64,000 nt of DNA from Klebsormidium nitens. Lineage: Eukaryota > Plantae > Klebsormidiophyceae. Where the stretch lies: the NCBI GenBank assembly GCA_000708835.1, contig DF236965.1, positions 1 through 64,000 of the forward strand. The letters run 5' to 3'. A program made the translations under genes and the position numbers. This document shows positions 35,001-46,743 of the stretch, piece by piece (position 1 is the first letter of the stretch; every line of letters begins with the position of its first letter). The notes under the pieces are model-generated. The model was given only the letters and a program-made list of their open reading frames with translations, made no database searches and was not told where the DNA came from.

Positions 35001-38000
35001 CGTTATCAGATTTTCAGATTTTCAATTGAGTTGAGAACGCTGCTTAAAAAGCAGCCGGTTTAGCTTTTGTAATCCGGCCTCATAATCGACTACAGAAACT
35101 TCCAAAACGTAAGGTTTCGTTGACGAGTAGATGTCCTTGCGGGAAACACAAGGCCATCCAGATATCTGATACACTCTACCTACGACATGCATTAAAAGTC
35201 CAGCACATAAGTCACTAGCTCCCAACGACTTTGGAAACAATCATAATTCCTTCTCCCCCGCTCTCCACTCACCAGAGGATGAGCACGCTGGCCCCAAGGT
35301 CGAGCCAGTTGTTGATGGCGACCGCAAAGCTGTAGGCGAAGGCGTCAGTGACGCCCTTGGTCATGGCGGCCAGCGTCTTATTTTGGTACTTGTCCAGCTC
35401 CAGGTCCTCCGTCGAAAACGCGCGCACCGTCCGGATGTTGCCCAGCGCCTCCGACGCTGCGGAGTTGGCCTCGGCGAGCAACTAGACAGGGGATAAGACC
35501 CGCCACGGGTCAGAACGGATGCGAGGGGCACAGAGTGGATGTGTGCAGAGGGCTTGCGGACATGCTATAAGGAGCGTGGACTTGCAACAGAACGTCAGAC
35601 CGCAGATTTTTGTCGACCAAAAATGAACAGACTAGGCAGAGGATTGCACAACATCGACACCAAGGTAAAGGGGTTGAATGCAGTCAATATCTAGACAAGG
35701 CTCGGACTTTACATCCTTTCGACAAAGACCGCAGAACCTCGAACCCGCTGAGCCGCCCCACACTCATGATCAAATCTATTTCACAGGCTCAGTTCAAGAG
35801 ATGGACAGAGCAGCGGTGGGCATCTCACCGCATAGCGCTTGCGGTTGAGCTCGCGCGACCAGCGGGAGTAGGTGGCAGTGATGTGCATGATTGGCGCCAT
35901 GGTAGTGAAGGCCAGCATGGACAGCTTCCAGCTCGTGAAGAAGCACAGCAGAAAACCGCCCGCCAACTGAAGCAAACTGCGCAGCAACGTGCTGATCATC
36001 CAGTTGAGCGGCTCCGCCATCGACCCCACGTCGTTGGTCAGCCGCGACGTCAGCTCCCCGCTCGTCGTCGCGTCGAAGTACGCGACGTCCTGCTTGATGA
36101 TCCCTGTGAACAGCTTGTCCTGCAGCGTCTTGAGCACGCGCTTTCCGACCACGCTGAAGCACAGCCCGCGGATCCCGCCAAAGATGCCCGTCGCGAGGGA
36201 GAAGCTCACGAGCAGCAGCACGTCCCGCCGGAACCCCGGCTCGTCGAACGCGATCACGCGGTCCAGGATGCTCCCCTGGTAGTGCGGCAGGATCAGCCCG
36301 CTCCCACTCGTCAGCGCCAGGCACAGCAACCCCAAAGATATTGTCCCGATCTCCTGGCGCGCCAAACCTAAGGCGCGTAACAGATACGTTCGCTGCCCGA
36401 CATCCGACTCCTCTCGCACGCCCTTATCCCCCCGCAACTGCGTCTCCTTCAAAGCGCGCGCCGCTGCAACTGGGTCCATCAGAATCATGCTCCCCGCCTG
36501 CCCCGTGCCCTTGAGCCCCCCCAAAAGAGCGGACGCCGCTCGGGCGCCCTCTCCCCCCTCCTTGGCGGCCTTTTCTTGCGCATCCCGGAAGCGCGCGCGC
36601 ACCTTGGTCTGGTACGCCTCGACAAGCCGCCCCGTAAGAGTGGACTCCAGATTGATCCACAGCACGGCAATGCCCATCAGGGGACCCTCGAGGCCCTCAC
36701 GCTGCGACAAGGAAGGGGCACAAGTTCAAACAAAGGACTTGCTAGCCTATACTTATGAATCTTCGACGAAGGGGCAAAGCACCTTGACAAGTGAGAAGAA
36801 GGCGATGTGAAACCGTCGTAGTTACATGACCTCCGTGACTGAAGAAAGCAAGAAGACAATTTGAAGGTGAGAACTTTCAAGACACTATGATTGTTTCTCC
36901 TCAGACAAAGTCTCACTTTTTCCGCACGAGTCTTCTCACCTGGAAGTAGAAGGCAACGCACTTGGCGCCAACAAAGACCTGGAACGCCGTGCACAGCAGG
37001 AAAGACCCAAACAGCAACACGTCCTTCTTCGTCTTTGGCGTCAGCCATGCCTCCCACCATCCAGGGCCCTCCTTGTCTTCTGAGTCCCCTTCCTTTGCTT
37101 TTGACCCCACACCGTTTTCAAGGGGACTACCCCTCCTACCCGTACTTGCTGTCGCGCTGCTGCCAGCGTCTCCGCCCAAGAGGGGCGTATGCAAGTCATT
37201 CCCATTCTGTGTGCTGACTGGCAGTCCGTTGGGTTTTGAGGCAGACTTTTTCTTGAGCGCCGCACTCAACGCCTGCTCGGAGGCGGAACTCTCCGCCTGG
37301 TGGGCGAAACAGGATGCGATGTATGCGATGCCTGGGAGGAGCAGAGCGCGCGCAAGGGCCAACACGACGAGGTCGAGGGAGTCCTTGTGGAAGTCGCACA
37401 GGGAGCGCCAGAAGAACGCGAAGGAGGGGACCAGGTGGGTAGGGTGGAGGACCCAGTACAGGCTCTGCAGCAGCAAAAAGGAGCTGGTGAGAGGAGGTCG
37501 ACAAAAAAGATTGTTGGATTCTAAATAAGAAGGTTGATAACAGGGAAGGCCGATAGTCATGTGATGCGGGGTTGATGCAAAGACAGGATACGCGGAGACA
37601 CCCTATATGGCCAGTAGCCACACACCAAGTTCAGGGCAAAAGTAGTGGTCGAGGGAAGTCTCTTTGAGTGGCTCGCAAGCTGCCATGCAACAGTGGATAT
37701 CCTGGGCACTGACTGAGAAACTTGGGATGGGACAGCATGAAGGTGGCGCCTTCCAACCGAAAACCAACCGAAAACCCTCGCAACCTCCTCTTACAAAACT
37801 TGGGGTTCAAGAGGCTGCATGACAAGGTCAGGCACCCCAAAATTCCCGCCATCATGACCATACCCCTCGTGCGCTGTCCTAAAGACAAAACAAGCCCCTG
37901 CCTTCAAAAACCCTAATATGTGGGGCAGAAACTCACCAGCGCCGATGCAAAGTCTGCGAGAAAAACCACCACTAGCGCCGCGCATGTATAGTTGTACCAC

Positions 38001-38056
38001 TTCTTGGCCACAGGCAGGGGAGGCGTCTCCACACGGGTCTCCTCCGGCTTTATCAT
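32083..38056 (-). CDS. ABCB-subfamily half-transporter with an extra N-terminal membrane region (TAP/ABCB9/ALS1-like); 10 exons
   Basis: Exons 38056 (or 38077)-37937, 37464-36940, 36701-35829, 35481-35273, 34783-34612, 34227-34126, 33681-33415, 33044-32868, 32584-32392, 32201-32083. It has TMD motifs ([26 protein letters not shown]), Walker [11 protein letters not shown]-loop VAQD, signature LSGGQRQR, Walker B/D-loop LLLDEATSALD and H-loop VAHRLST. Confidence 0.93.
33975..34035. repeat. Intronic 29-bp direct repeat x2 (period 32)
   Basis: GGAAGGCCCTGAGCCGCACGTCAGCAGAC at 33975-34003 and 34007-34035. Confidence 0.9.
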
Positions 38057-38921
38057 AGTTGCGCCTCTCTTACCCATCACCGTTTTACGATACAAGGATC
38101 TCTCCTACGTAATCGCCTTTTCAATAGAGGGACGGCGTGATGCCGTGTCCAGAACACCACCGCGTGCCGCTGATGCAGGCTGTTATGAATGGTCTCATAA
38201 AAGAAGCAAAGAAGCAGACGGACCGATGAAGGCAGATCAGCCCTAAAAAGGAAACCGCCTAAACTTTGGCTCCGTGTCAGCTTCGCCTCCACCTGTCTAA
38301 CTCCCTTGAGATTGAACCACCAGACAACGAAAAGCGCCCTAAGAGGCTGCTCCCCGAGCGATCAAAAATGCCTATCAAAACATGGCATGATGCTGCTGTT
38401 TAGGAAAGCTTCCAAATGCTTCCAAATCCACCTTTTCGAAAGGAAGTTCCATGGCACTTTCGGGACCACACAACCTGAGGCAAAACCGGCCTGGACAACC
38501 GGGGGATATAAACCTATTAGTATCAGACATGAACACCCCCTCCATATTGCAGGAAATAATACCGGCAAATTAGTAAACCTAGTCTGGCTGGGTTAGGAAG
38601 TCAACTGCACGGTACATGAACCCGACCGCCAACGCACACCCAAACCATCAACTTGCCCCTTAGGCTTCTGCATGCAGAACTCCCAACTGGTGTCTCCACA
38701 ACTTCAAGCACTCCTGACGAAAAGTTGCATCCGATCTGCAGGCGCTGATCCAGCCCCATGCCTTCGATTGGCAGAGGCTAACGAGACGAGAACATTCAAG
38801 CCTGGGGCATTGATTGATTTGGAATCCCAGGTTATTTGCCTCCACATTTCAAGGCGACACCCTTTCTGTGTGTCGAGCGCCTTTCTTTCTCCAAGTGGTG
38901 GTGGTTTGTCAATTGACACCG

Positions 38922-41435
38922 ATGGCTGTTTCTGAAGCGTTGCGCCAAGGATCCTGCAGCATGGCGTCAAGGACTGGCCTCACTCTGGAGAAAAGCACCT
39001 TGTTCAGTGCACAAACGTGCGGCCTCTGTGGTGCGCGCACAGCATTGCAGTTCCCGCAGTCCCCAACTCTCCAACATATTTCATTCCACGCGGTTCGCAA
39101 TGACGCGTGCCGCCAGCCTGTGGATGAGCTCCACCAAGTTGTTATCAAAAACAGCTCAGGAGAGACTATTAGATGGAGAAAGACTCCCTCGACGGTCCCC
39201 ACATTGACACATACCCCGCACCTTGACCGGCGAAGGTTTCTGCTCGTCCCTCTCCTTCTGACTGGCGCCCTAGCTCAGGTTGATCCAGCGAGTGCTTGGG
39301 CACCCGCCAAGATCGATTTCAGCGCAGCTCCCCAGGCGCAGTTTGACACTTCAGACGCCAGGTTTAGGGAGGCAGCGGACCTCTTTCAGCAGGCATTGAG
39401 CACTGGCAGTGTCCAATCAGAGGAGCGGCTGTGGAGCGAGATCATTGAACGAGTGGGAGACTCAAAAGCAGACTGGGCGCAGGACATTCTGGCGCGCGCG
39501 TATGGCAACCGGGGGAATGCCAGGAGCCGGCAGGGCAAGCGGGAGGAGGCGTTGGCGGACTACGATGTGTCCATCCAACTAGCGCCGTAAGTCTAGGCTC
39601 TTTGGCCTGTAGTCCAATCAGAGCTCAGGGCAGTCATTTGGAGCCTTAAAGAAACTTGCAAGGTTAACTTTTGTTGATTGTGCTGCCTGCATTTGAGACG
39701 CCCTGTTGGCGGTGGGAAGACTGGCTCCTCCACCCAGACTGATCGTTGAAGTGTACCACATAAATCTAAATGATATCCTTGTTTCCAAAGCTTGAATCGT
39801 TCTTTGAAATCCTCCTTGCCTGATCATGATTGATCAGGCAGATCTTGATCGCCCCTCCTCGACCACCGCAGGTACAGCGTAGATCCCGTTCTGAACCGCG
39901 GGGTGGTGCTTGAATCGTTAGGCCGCTACTCGGAGGCTGCATCTGACTACCAGGCCGTCCTGGCTGCAGAACCGAATGACCCTGCAGCCTGGAACAACCT
40001 GGGAAACGTGGCGTCTGCACAAGGGAAGTGGCAGGAGGCGCTGGACAGTTACGGGAGGGCCGTCAGGCTGGCGCCAGGTGAGCCTTCACAGTCTCGTATT
40101 GCTATAGTGAGTTGGTCCAGATGGTCGAGCGTCGACAAAAGTTTCAGTAACATAAGCTGTACTGTACTCTCTCTCGATCCAAGTAAGGCCGCATATTGCC
40201 ACCTGAATGTGATTGAGGGGCACGTCGTAGATTGGGGCCGTACTTGCTGGTCGTTCTGAAGTGATGGAGCAGGTCTTTAGAACTCGACTAATTGGCAAAG
40301 GGGCCACTGGATTTCCCCACTTATTATCCCTCGTTTTGAAACAGCTCCCGTTTGTGAGCGGGCTCCTCTCTCAGTCGATTTCATTTTCTATGTCGAATGG
40401 CTGTCCCTCGCCTTGTTTATTTCTAAGCTGCTCACCTCTTTTCCGAGGGCGCCTCCGGCGATGATTCGTTCTCCGTAGCGAAATTATCACATCGTTAGTT
40501 AGATGTGGGCATTGACTTGTTCCGCTCACTCTCTTCAGATTTCGACTCAAAAATGTTGGCTGGCAGAACTCGTAGCCTTCATGACAATTTTCTTTCTGTG
40601 GATCTGACATATATTCACCCAGCAAAGGTAGCTTTCTCATTGCTACGGTTATGTTTTCCTCTGTGCAGAGTTCTCGTTTGCTGCTGGCAACTACGCCCTG
40701 GCCCTTTACCAAGTTGGGAGAGACAACGAAGCGCTCAAGCAATTCCGAACACTTCTACGGAAATATCCAGAGGTACGAACGGAAACGTCTCTCAATGACC
40801 TGTGCAACGAACGCATCTGCTTCAAGGCATTTAGGCTGGCGGCAAGCTTCAGCAGGGGTCGCTCTTCATTGCTAGCTTCGTGTGTCCCGTGTTCGATGCT
40901 GAGTGTTGGATTTTCGACCGAACCTTCTTCTGGCTCGCAGTTTCCAGACATGCGGGCTGCCCTTGCGGTGTCACTGTACCATGTCGGCCTTACCAGGGAA
41001 GCGGAGACGAATTGGTCGCGTTTAGAGGTGAGCCTTCATACACCAGTTGGTTCAGTGAAACGAATCACGTGGACAGGCGGTCGTGGTGAATCGACTGAAC
41101 ACGTGTCCTCTCACAGTGCTGGACCCTTTCACAGAGATGACCTTCACTGTTGCTCGTGTCTGAAGCGTTGACTAGCCGGCCCTGGAATGGGGCCTGTTCG
41201 TTTTGTTGACAGCCAAGGTTTTCTTGAGAGATTGTGCACGTGACTGCCGATCGTCCTTTTTGTGACTCGACGAGGATCGGCCACAATCAATTCTGGCCTA
41301 AATTGCCTCGATTGGAATCGCTTGCAGGATTTGCGGTATAAGGATCGGACGTGGGTTAGAGGCACGAGGCGGTGGCCACCCCGCTTGGCGGACGAGCTCG
41401 AGGCGTTCTTGGACGTGAAGGCGACGTCCAAGTGA
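38922..41435 (+). CDS. TPR-repeat protein, probably targeted to the plastid thylakoid lumen (cyanobacterial-type); 5 exons
   Basis: Exons 38922-39586, 39872-40077, 40669-40772, 40941-41027, 41328-41435. TPR helices AYGNRGNARSRQGKREEALADY, LNRGVVLESLGRYSEAASDY and AWNNLGNV; C-terminal DLRYKDRTW-RRWPPRL. The N-terminus is Ser/Arg-rich and followed by RRRFLL-hydrophobic-ASA. Confidence 0.85.
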
Positions 41436-41554
41436 TTGCTGGAAGTTTTGGAGCAGAATTTTCAGATTTATTTGTGGCCAGCAGGAGCTCGCGTCTTTAA
41501 GGTCAAATCGAATATCGGATTCTGGAGGAAGAGGTGTGTATGGACCAAAATGGA

Positions 41555-41612
41555 TCATCAGTTCATCAGTTCATCGATTCATCGGTTCATCATCGATTCA
41601 TAAGTTCATTAG
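41555..41612. repeat. Degenerate 8-bp tandem repeat (TTCATCRR-like, about 7 units)
   Basis: tcatcag ttcatcag ttcatcga ttcatcgg ttcatcatcga ttcataag ttcattag, downstream of the TPR stop. Confidence 0.7.
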
Positions 41613-42708
41613 GTCAAAGCGGTTAGCTGCAGTTATGAATCATTGCTTTGCGGACGTTGTGAAACAAAGGGTGGACTGCCCACCTAAGCGCGCGTCCAAT
41701 ATCTGAAGATGGGAGGCGGTTTCGGGCCCACCATTATTATTTGAGAGAAATAATATGGATCCGCTCACCGCCAGCGCACAGATGGCAGCGTCGATATAGC
41801 TAGGCCTCGAACATGGAATCCGATTATCATGATCTTCGTGCTGGTCATTCGCGCTATACCGTCTGCTACCTTCGTGCAGCACGTGTTGGCATTTACTATT
41901 ACGCGCGTCATGCAAATGCACACATGTCCGGCCACCCGAAACCACGACGGTACACGGGCTTTTGAGAAGTCATGACATCGACGGCAAGCGCGAACAGCAC
42001 GAGCTTTATTGAGTCCTTGACGGCATCCAGGTTCCGTCATATGAATGCAGGCATAGCTATAGTTTTGAAAACTTTGGATTGAAGGTCATGCATGAGATCG
42101 AATTGATGAATCAGCACATGTTTTCTCTGCCTGCCGGTAGACTCACTTTGGTCGATCATGCACGTTTATAGCAATCTCTCGACTGGCTTGAAACAAATTT
42201 CGATCCTCTGTTGGTTGATGTAACAAAAACAAGCCTATGCAAGAGAGAGTAGTCTGTTCTTATCTCTAGTGTGCAAGGGCATTCATCATTCAAGCGTCTC
42301 AGCCCACATCGCAAGGCTTACGGCTCGTTGAGCTGTCTGTTCTGTCAGTATCATCAAGCTGTTAAACTGCAAAAGGCATCATCAAGTACAACACGCTTTC
42401 TTGCCGGACGCCACTTCCTTCGTGCCTAGGGGCCCCATCAATAAACACTTCCGCGTACCTGACTGCACAAATCAACAGCCACCGCCAGATACAACTCCAG
42501 TCTCTTATTCCTATGTCGCTCGGTCGCGCTCCACTGTAGCTCAACCAGCGTCTGTGCATTGCCTGATTCAAAACCCCTTCCCCCTCCTTTCTACTCGATG
42601 GCAGAACAACTCGATGAGCTACCCTTCAAAGTCAGAGCATCTGCCCTACAACGCCTTTGCCCCACGGATGCTAACTATGAAAGTTTTCTACGAATGTCAT
42701 CCGTGTTA

Positions 42709-45269
42709 CTAGCCCTCCCCAGCCTGCCTAGCCGCCACGTGTCCCAGGCGGAGGCCGACCAGGTGCAGCCTGCGCGCGATCTGGTCCGCGGAGGGGCGCC
42801 GCGGGCCACGGGAAGCGCAGCCCCGCGGCAAAGTGGAACTTGACCTCCTGGAACAGGAAAAGAGGAAGATTAGATAAGTCGGAAACAGCAATGAAGCAGG
42901 GCATACGGGGCCGCAGAATCTTTTAGTACGTGGTTGACTTCAGACGTGTTCAGATGAGGACCTCTTGGATTGATGCACTTCTGGAGAGAACGTGACCGCC
43001 ATTTGAGTCGAGGATAGACACTACAAGGCACCAAGAGTCTGGATAATAAAGTGTAGTATCACCTGATGATTTCCTGGATATCGTCGTGTAAGCACCCCAG
43101 ATTCGGAAACTTGATCGGATAGAAAAGTCATCATGAAAGCTAAGCAGAAATTCAAATTCTTCTATCGGCTCCGAAGAACGGCGGACTCGACTTTGGATTA
43201 GTACGAGCAGAGACCGAAGACCATTGATTGAGCGAGTAAGGCGGACCACTCACGAAGGGGAAGTCGAAGTTCTCAGTGGGAGTTCTGCCGGTGATGATCG
43301 ACCACAGCGTGGCCCCCGTGGCAAACACGTCTCCAGACCTGTCCTGCCGGTTGGCGTCGTAGGCCTCGGGCGGCAGGTGACCGTGCGTGTAGGCCTGGAG
43401 GAAGAACCAAAGAGAAGTTAGAGCTCTTCCTAAGAAAGGTTGCGTCTCAGTACAGGCTGGTAGGCAGCAACTTATCTTGAGAAGATCTTAACCTGTCCAG
43501 AAGAGGAAACCCTTTTTAACGAATAAAGCAAGATCTTCTACCGAGGTGATGAGAAACTTCACTTCGACAAGAAATGCAGGTACGTCTGCGAGTTCAATCG
43601 AGTCCCAGGATTATTAATAACCCCAACTCCTAAACCCTGCCTCACCAGGCCCGCGACGCGCTCCCCCTCCGCGGCCGCCCCAAAGTCCGCGAGCTTGGGG
43701 GCGCCGTTCCTGTCCAGCAGCAAGTTGTCGGGCTTGATGTCCCGGTGGAGGAGGCCGGCCGCGTGCACGGCCGCGACGCCGCGCGCGAGCCGCTCGCCCA
43801 CCCAGGCGGCCCACTGCAGGTCGCGAGCGCGCGCGAGCGTGCGCCCGGCTACGAACACGCGGTTGTCGGGGTCGGCCAGCTCGAGAAGCAGGACGAGCTG
43901 CCCTTTGGCGACCGTGTAGCCCTCGAGAGAGACGCAGAAGTCGCCGCGCACGGCGTCCAGCGAGCGGGCCTGAGGAGGAGGGGAAGGGAAGGAGCCATGA
44001 GCACCTTATCAAACACGAGGCCTGGAAATGAGGTTCTGACAGCCGCAGGACTCGTCGGAAGAACAGGTGGAAAAGGTCTACGAGAACAGCGAACACTTTT
44101 GGGCAGCGTGTGTTTCCTTCCGGCTACACAGGTGCTTTCATCCTACATCAGAATGTCCATTTTTTCAGAATTTTAATCAAGAAATAAGAATCTAGTATGC
44201 AAACTCGGTCATCGAGGCTCTCTCGGGTCTCCGCAAAGCAATCTCAATCGAAAGATTTGAATTGATCAGGTCCGTCAAATGACAAGAGAATCTGCCAATG
44301 GCTTAATGTAGAAGGCGTCACCCGCGCTCGATTGCTCACCTCTCCGGGCAGCGTGTTCCTGTACGTTCCGTCCTCTAGTTGCTTCTCGGCCTTGGCAGCG
44401 AAGTCGCGCCACTCCCCGCGCGCATCCAGGGCCCGAACGTGAAAGACGGCGCCCTCGTTGCCCTGGCAGACGGAGAAAACGCGACCGTCAGCATTTCAAA
44501 ATGACGAAGCAAACTTAGTTGCAAGATTGGAGAGCAGACGAGGAGATCCTTCCGATGCTGACGTCATGCAAGGTCTTGGACCGAGAGCAGGCTACTACGA
44601 GGACTCAAGAAGTGGACGGTTACAGCGATCCGAAAACGAGCGAGAACGGTTGGTCAGTAAGAGAAGATATGTGCTCACCTCGCCGATCAGAGCAACCTCC
44701 TCGACGGTGGGGAAGAAGAGGGGCGGCCGGGCGAAGCTCTTGAAGAGGTCGTCGAAAGGGCCCTACGCATTATTTACGAGGTCGTCAGCATTAATTTGGT
44801 GCGTATGTTTCAGAAGAGACGTCAGCAATACGTACGAATGGTTACACAACTCTAGAGTCCACGCGTATCTAATTTGAGAATAATCAGGAGAATTTAAACG
44901 CAGGAGTAAGACAACAAAAGTATTTCAGTGCCGGCTTGTGCACAAATCAGAGTCTGAGCTGATACTGACCGGTACTGTCCCAGCTGGCAACAGATCGCTC
45001 GTCTTTCCGTCCGCTCCGCTCCAGATGCCCCATACACGCACGGACGGAATGACAGCCGCGTTCCCCCAGGGGGGGAGGTCCCCGCAGGAGAAGGGGCTCA
45101 GGTCAGCCGATCCCACGTCCGAGAAGATGCCCCCCGTGACGAACGCGTCGTCCTGGCTGAAGATCGTCTCGTACTGGGGGGCCTGGGCGGGCTGCTCCAC
45201 GTCAGTAGTCGGCAGGGGGGGGGCAGGAGCAGCGGACGGAGCAGGAGAAGCAGGGAGGAAGAACGGCAT
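42709..45269 (-). CDS. Divergent Ser/Thr protein kinase (core exons; 5' end uncertain)
   Basis: Exons 45269-45042, 44762-44679, 44462-44340, 43969-43646, 43394-43254, (43073-43063 microexon, inferred), 42847-42709. It has the Gly loop IGEGNEGAV, FAAK Lys, HRDIKPDN, DFG, PPE, DVFATG and RRPSADQI. Candidate upstream exons lie at 45761-45607 and 46911-46277. Confidence 0.8.
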
Positions 45270-45930
45270 CTGCGAAAGGGAACACAATTGAGTCGCAAGA
45301 AAAGAGTGACTTCAACATAAGCGTAGAAATTTACAAGATGACAAGATAGTTGGAACTTAGATGTTGACTTGAAGATCTTTTGCGATCTTGATGTTTCTAC
45401 AAGTTAGATGAAGCAGGCAGATTTCTCTTAGCAACGTCAAAGCTCAATGATCCAAATAATTGTTCTGTAACTGTTTCCAGTAAAGAGGTCAACCCGTGCT
45501 AATCTTCTCAACAAACTCATCTTACATAGAACCAACATGAAAGGTTGTCAGAAAACCTGGCTTCTCGTTTTAAAAACCTGGACAATTAGTTTTGTTCAAG
45601 GCTTACGTTATCAGGATGTGTCTCCATCAATGGCTGTCCTGTCTGAGGCTCCCCCTGGCTTCCTGTTTCCGCCAGTCCCATCCAGCCATCGGCAGCCTGC
45701 AGCCGGTCCGATCTAGCCTCCTCAGGAAGCTCCCCCCGACTGTGGCGCTCCCGGCAATAGCCTGCAGACGGCATGACGAGGTATGTGAGGGTGTTTTATA
45801 TTTTCGAACCAGAGAAGGTACCGAGGCGTTGAAAGGCATCTTTCAGACGAATGAAAAGCTTGAGTTCCAAGGACTGGTAGAAAGCAGGTCTTTGTCAAAA
45901 CAACGGAACGCCCAGGCTGTAAACTCGCTC

Positions 45931-45978
45931 ACTTCTCCTGGCAGAATTTGGTTGACTTCTCCTGAGAGAATTTGGTTG
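45931..45978. repeat. 24-bp tandem duplication x2
   Basis: ACTTCTCCTGGCAGAATTTGGTTG and ACTTCTCCTGAGAGAATTTGGTTG (2 mismatches). Confidence 0.9.
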
Positions 45979-46365
45979 TTTAAAGCTTGAAAAAACTTCA
46001 TATCATTTGATGAGTAGGAAGAACACCATATGTTTGTTCAATTTCTTACAAGCTTCATCTCTTTTGAATTGCAAAACGCAAGTTCGTTTCATCTGCAAGA
46101 AAAAAAACGCTGATCATTGGACTTTGAGAACAACCAGATCAATAAGATGTTCGAACCTTTTCTCGTGAGCTCGCAAGGCACACAGAAAGTGACCATCACA
46201 CCCCAGAATTCCTTAAAAGTCTTTCTGGAACATCAGAGAGGTTATAGTCTACTCTGAAAAGTTCGAGCACACTCACCGTCTCAATCTGGGACTCTGCTGA
46301 AAGAATACCCTCAACACCCTCGGGCTCTGCTCCCTCCTGCTCCTCCCTCCACTCCTGGATCCCCC

Positions 46366-46743
46366 TCTCGTGATCACCCCCTCCCTCCTCACCATGCTCT
46401 CCCTCCTGATCATCCCCCCTCTCAAGAATGTCCCCTCCCTCCTCAACATCAACCCCTCCCTCACCATTTCCTCCCTTCTCAACACCTCTTCCCTCCTGAA
46501 CATTCCCCCCCTCCTGAGCATTCCCCCCCTCATGAACAATCCCCTCCTCCTCGACATCCCCTCCCTCCTGGATATCCCCTCCCTCCTGCAGATCCCCTCC
46601 CCCTTGAACATCCCCCCCCCCTGAACAACCCCCTCCTCCTGACTATCTCCCCCCTCCTGAACAAGCCCCTCCTCCTCGATATCCCCTCCCTCCTGAACCA
46701 CCCCCACCTCCTGAACCTCCCCTCCCTCCTGAACCTCCCCCCC
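46366..46743 (-). repeat. Coding-type 18-bp minisatellite, about 21 degenerate units (GGAGGGGATGTTCAGGAG-like, encoding GGDVQE)
   Basis: The 18-bp periodicity is visible directly. It lies in a candidate exon with an acceptor at 46912-46913 and a GTGAGT donor ending at 46276. Confidence 0.85.

Noticed and set aside
41640-42600. Short ORFs between the TPR and kinase genes (also 10380-10960 and 59850-60250)
   Set aside because: No splice-consistent model, no recognisable domain and no coding-like codon bias.
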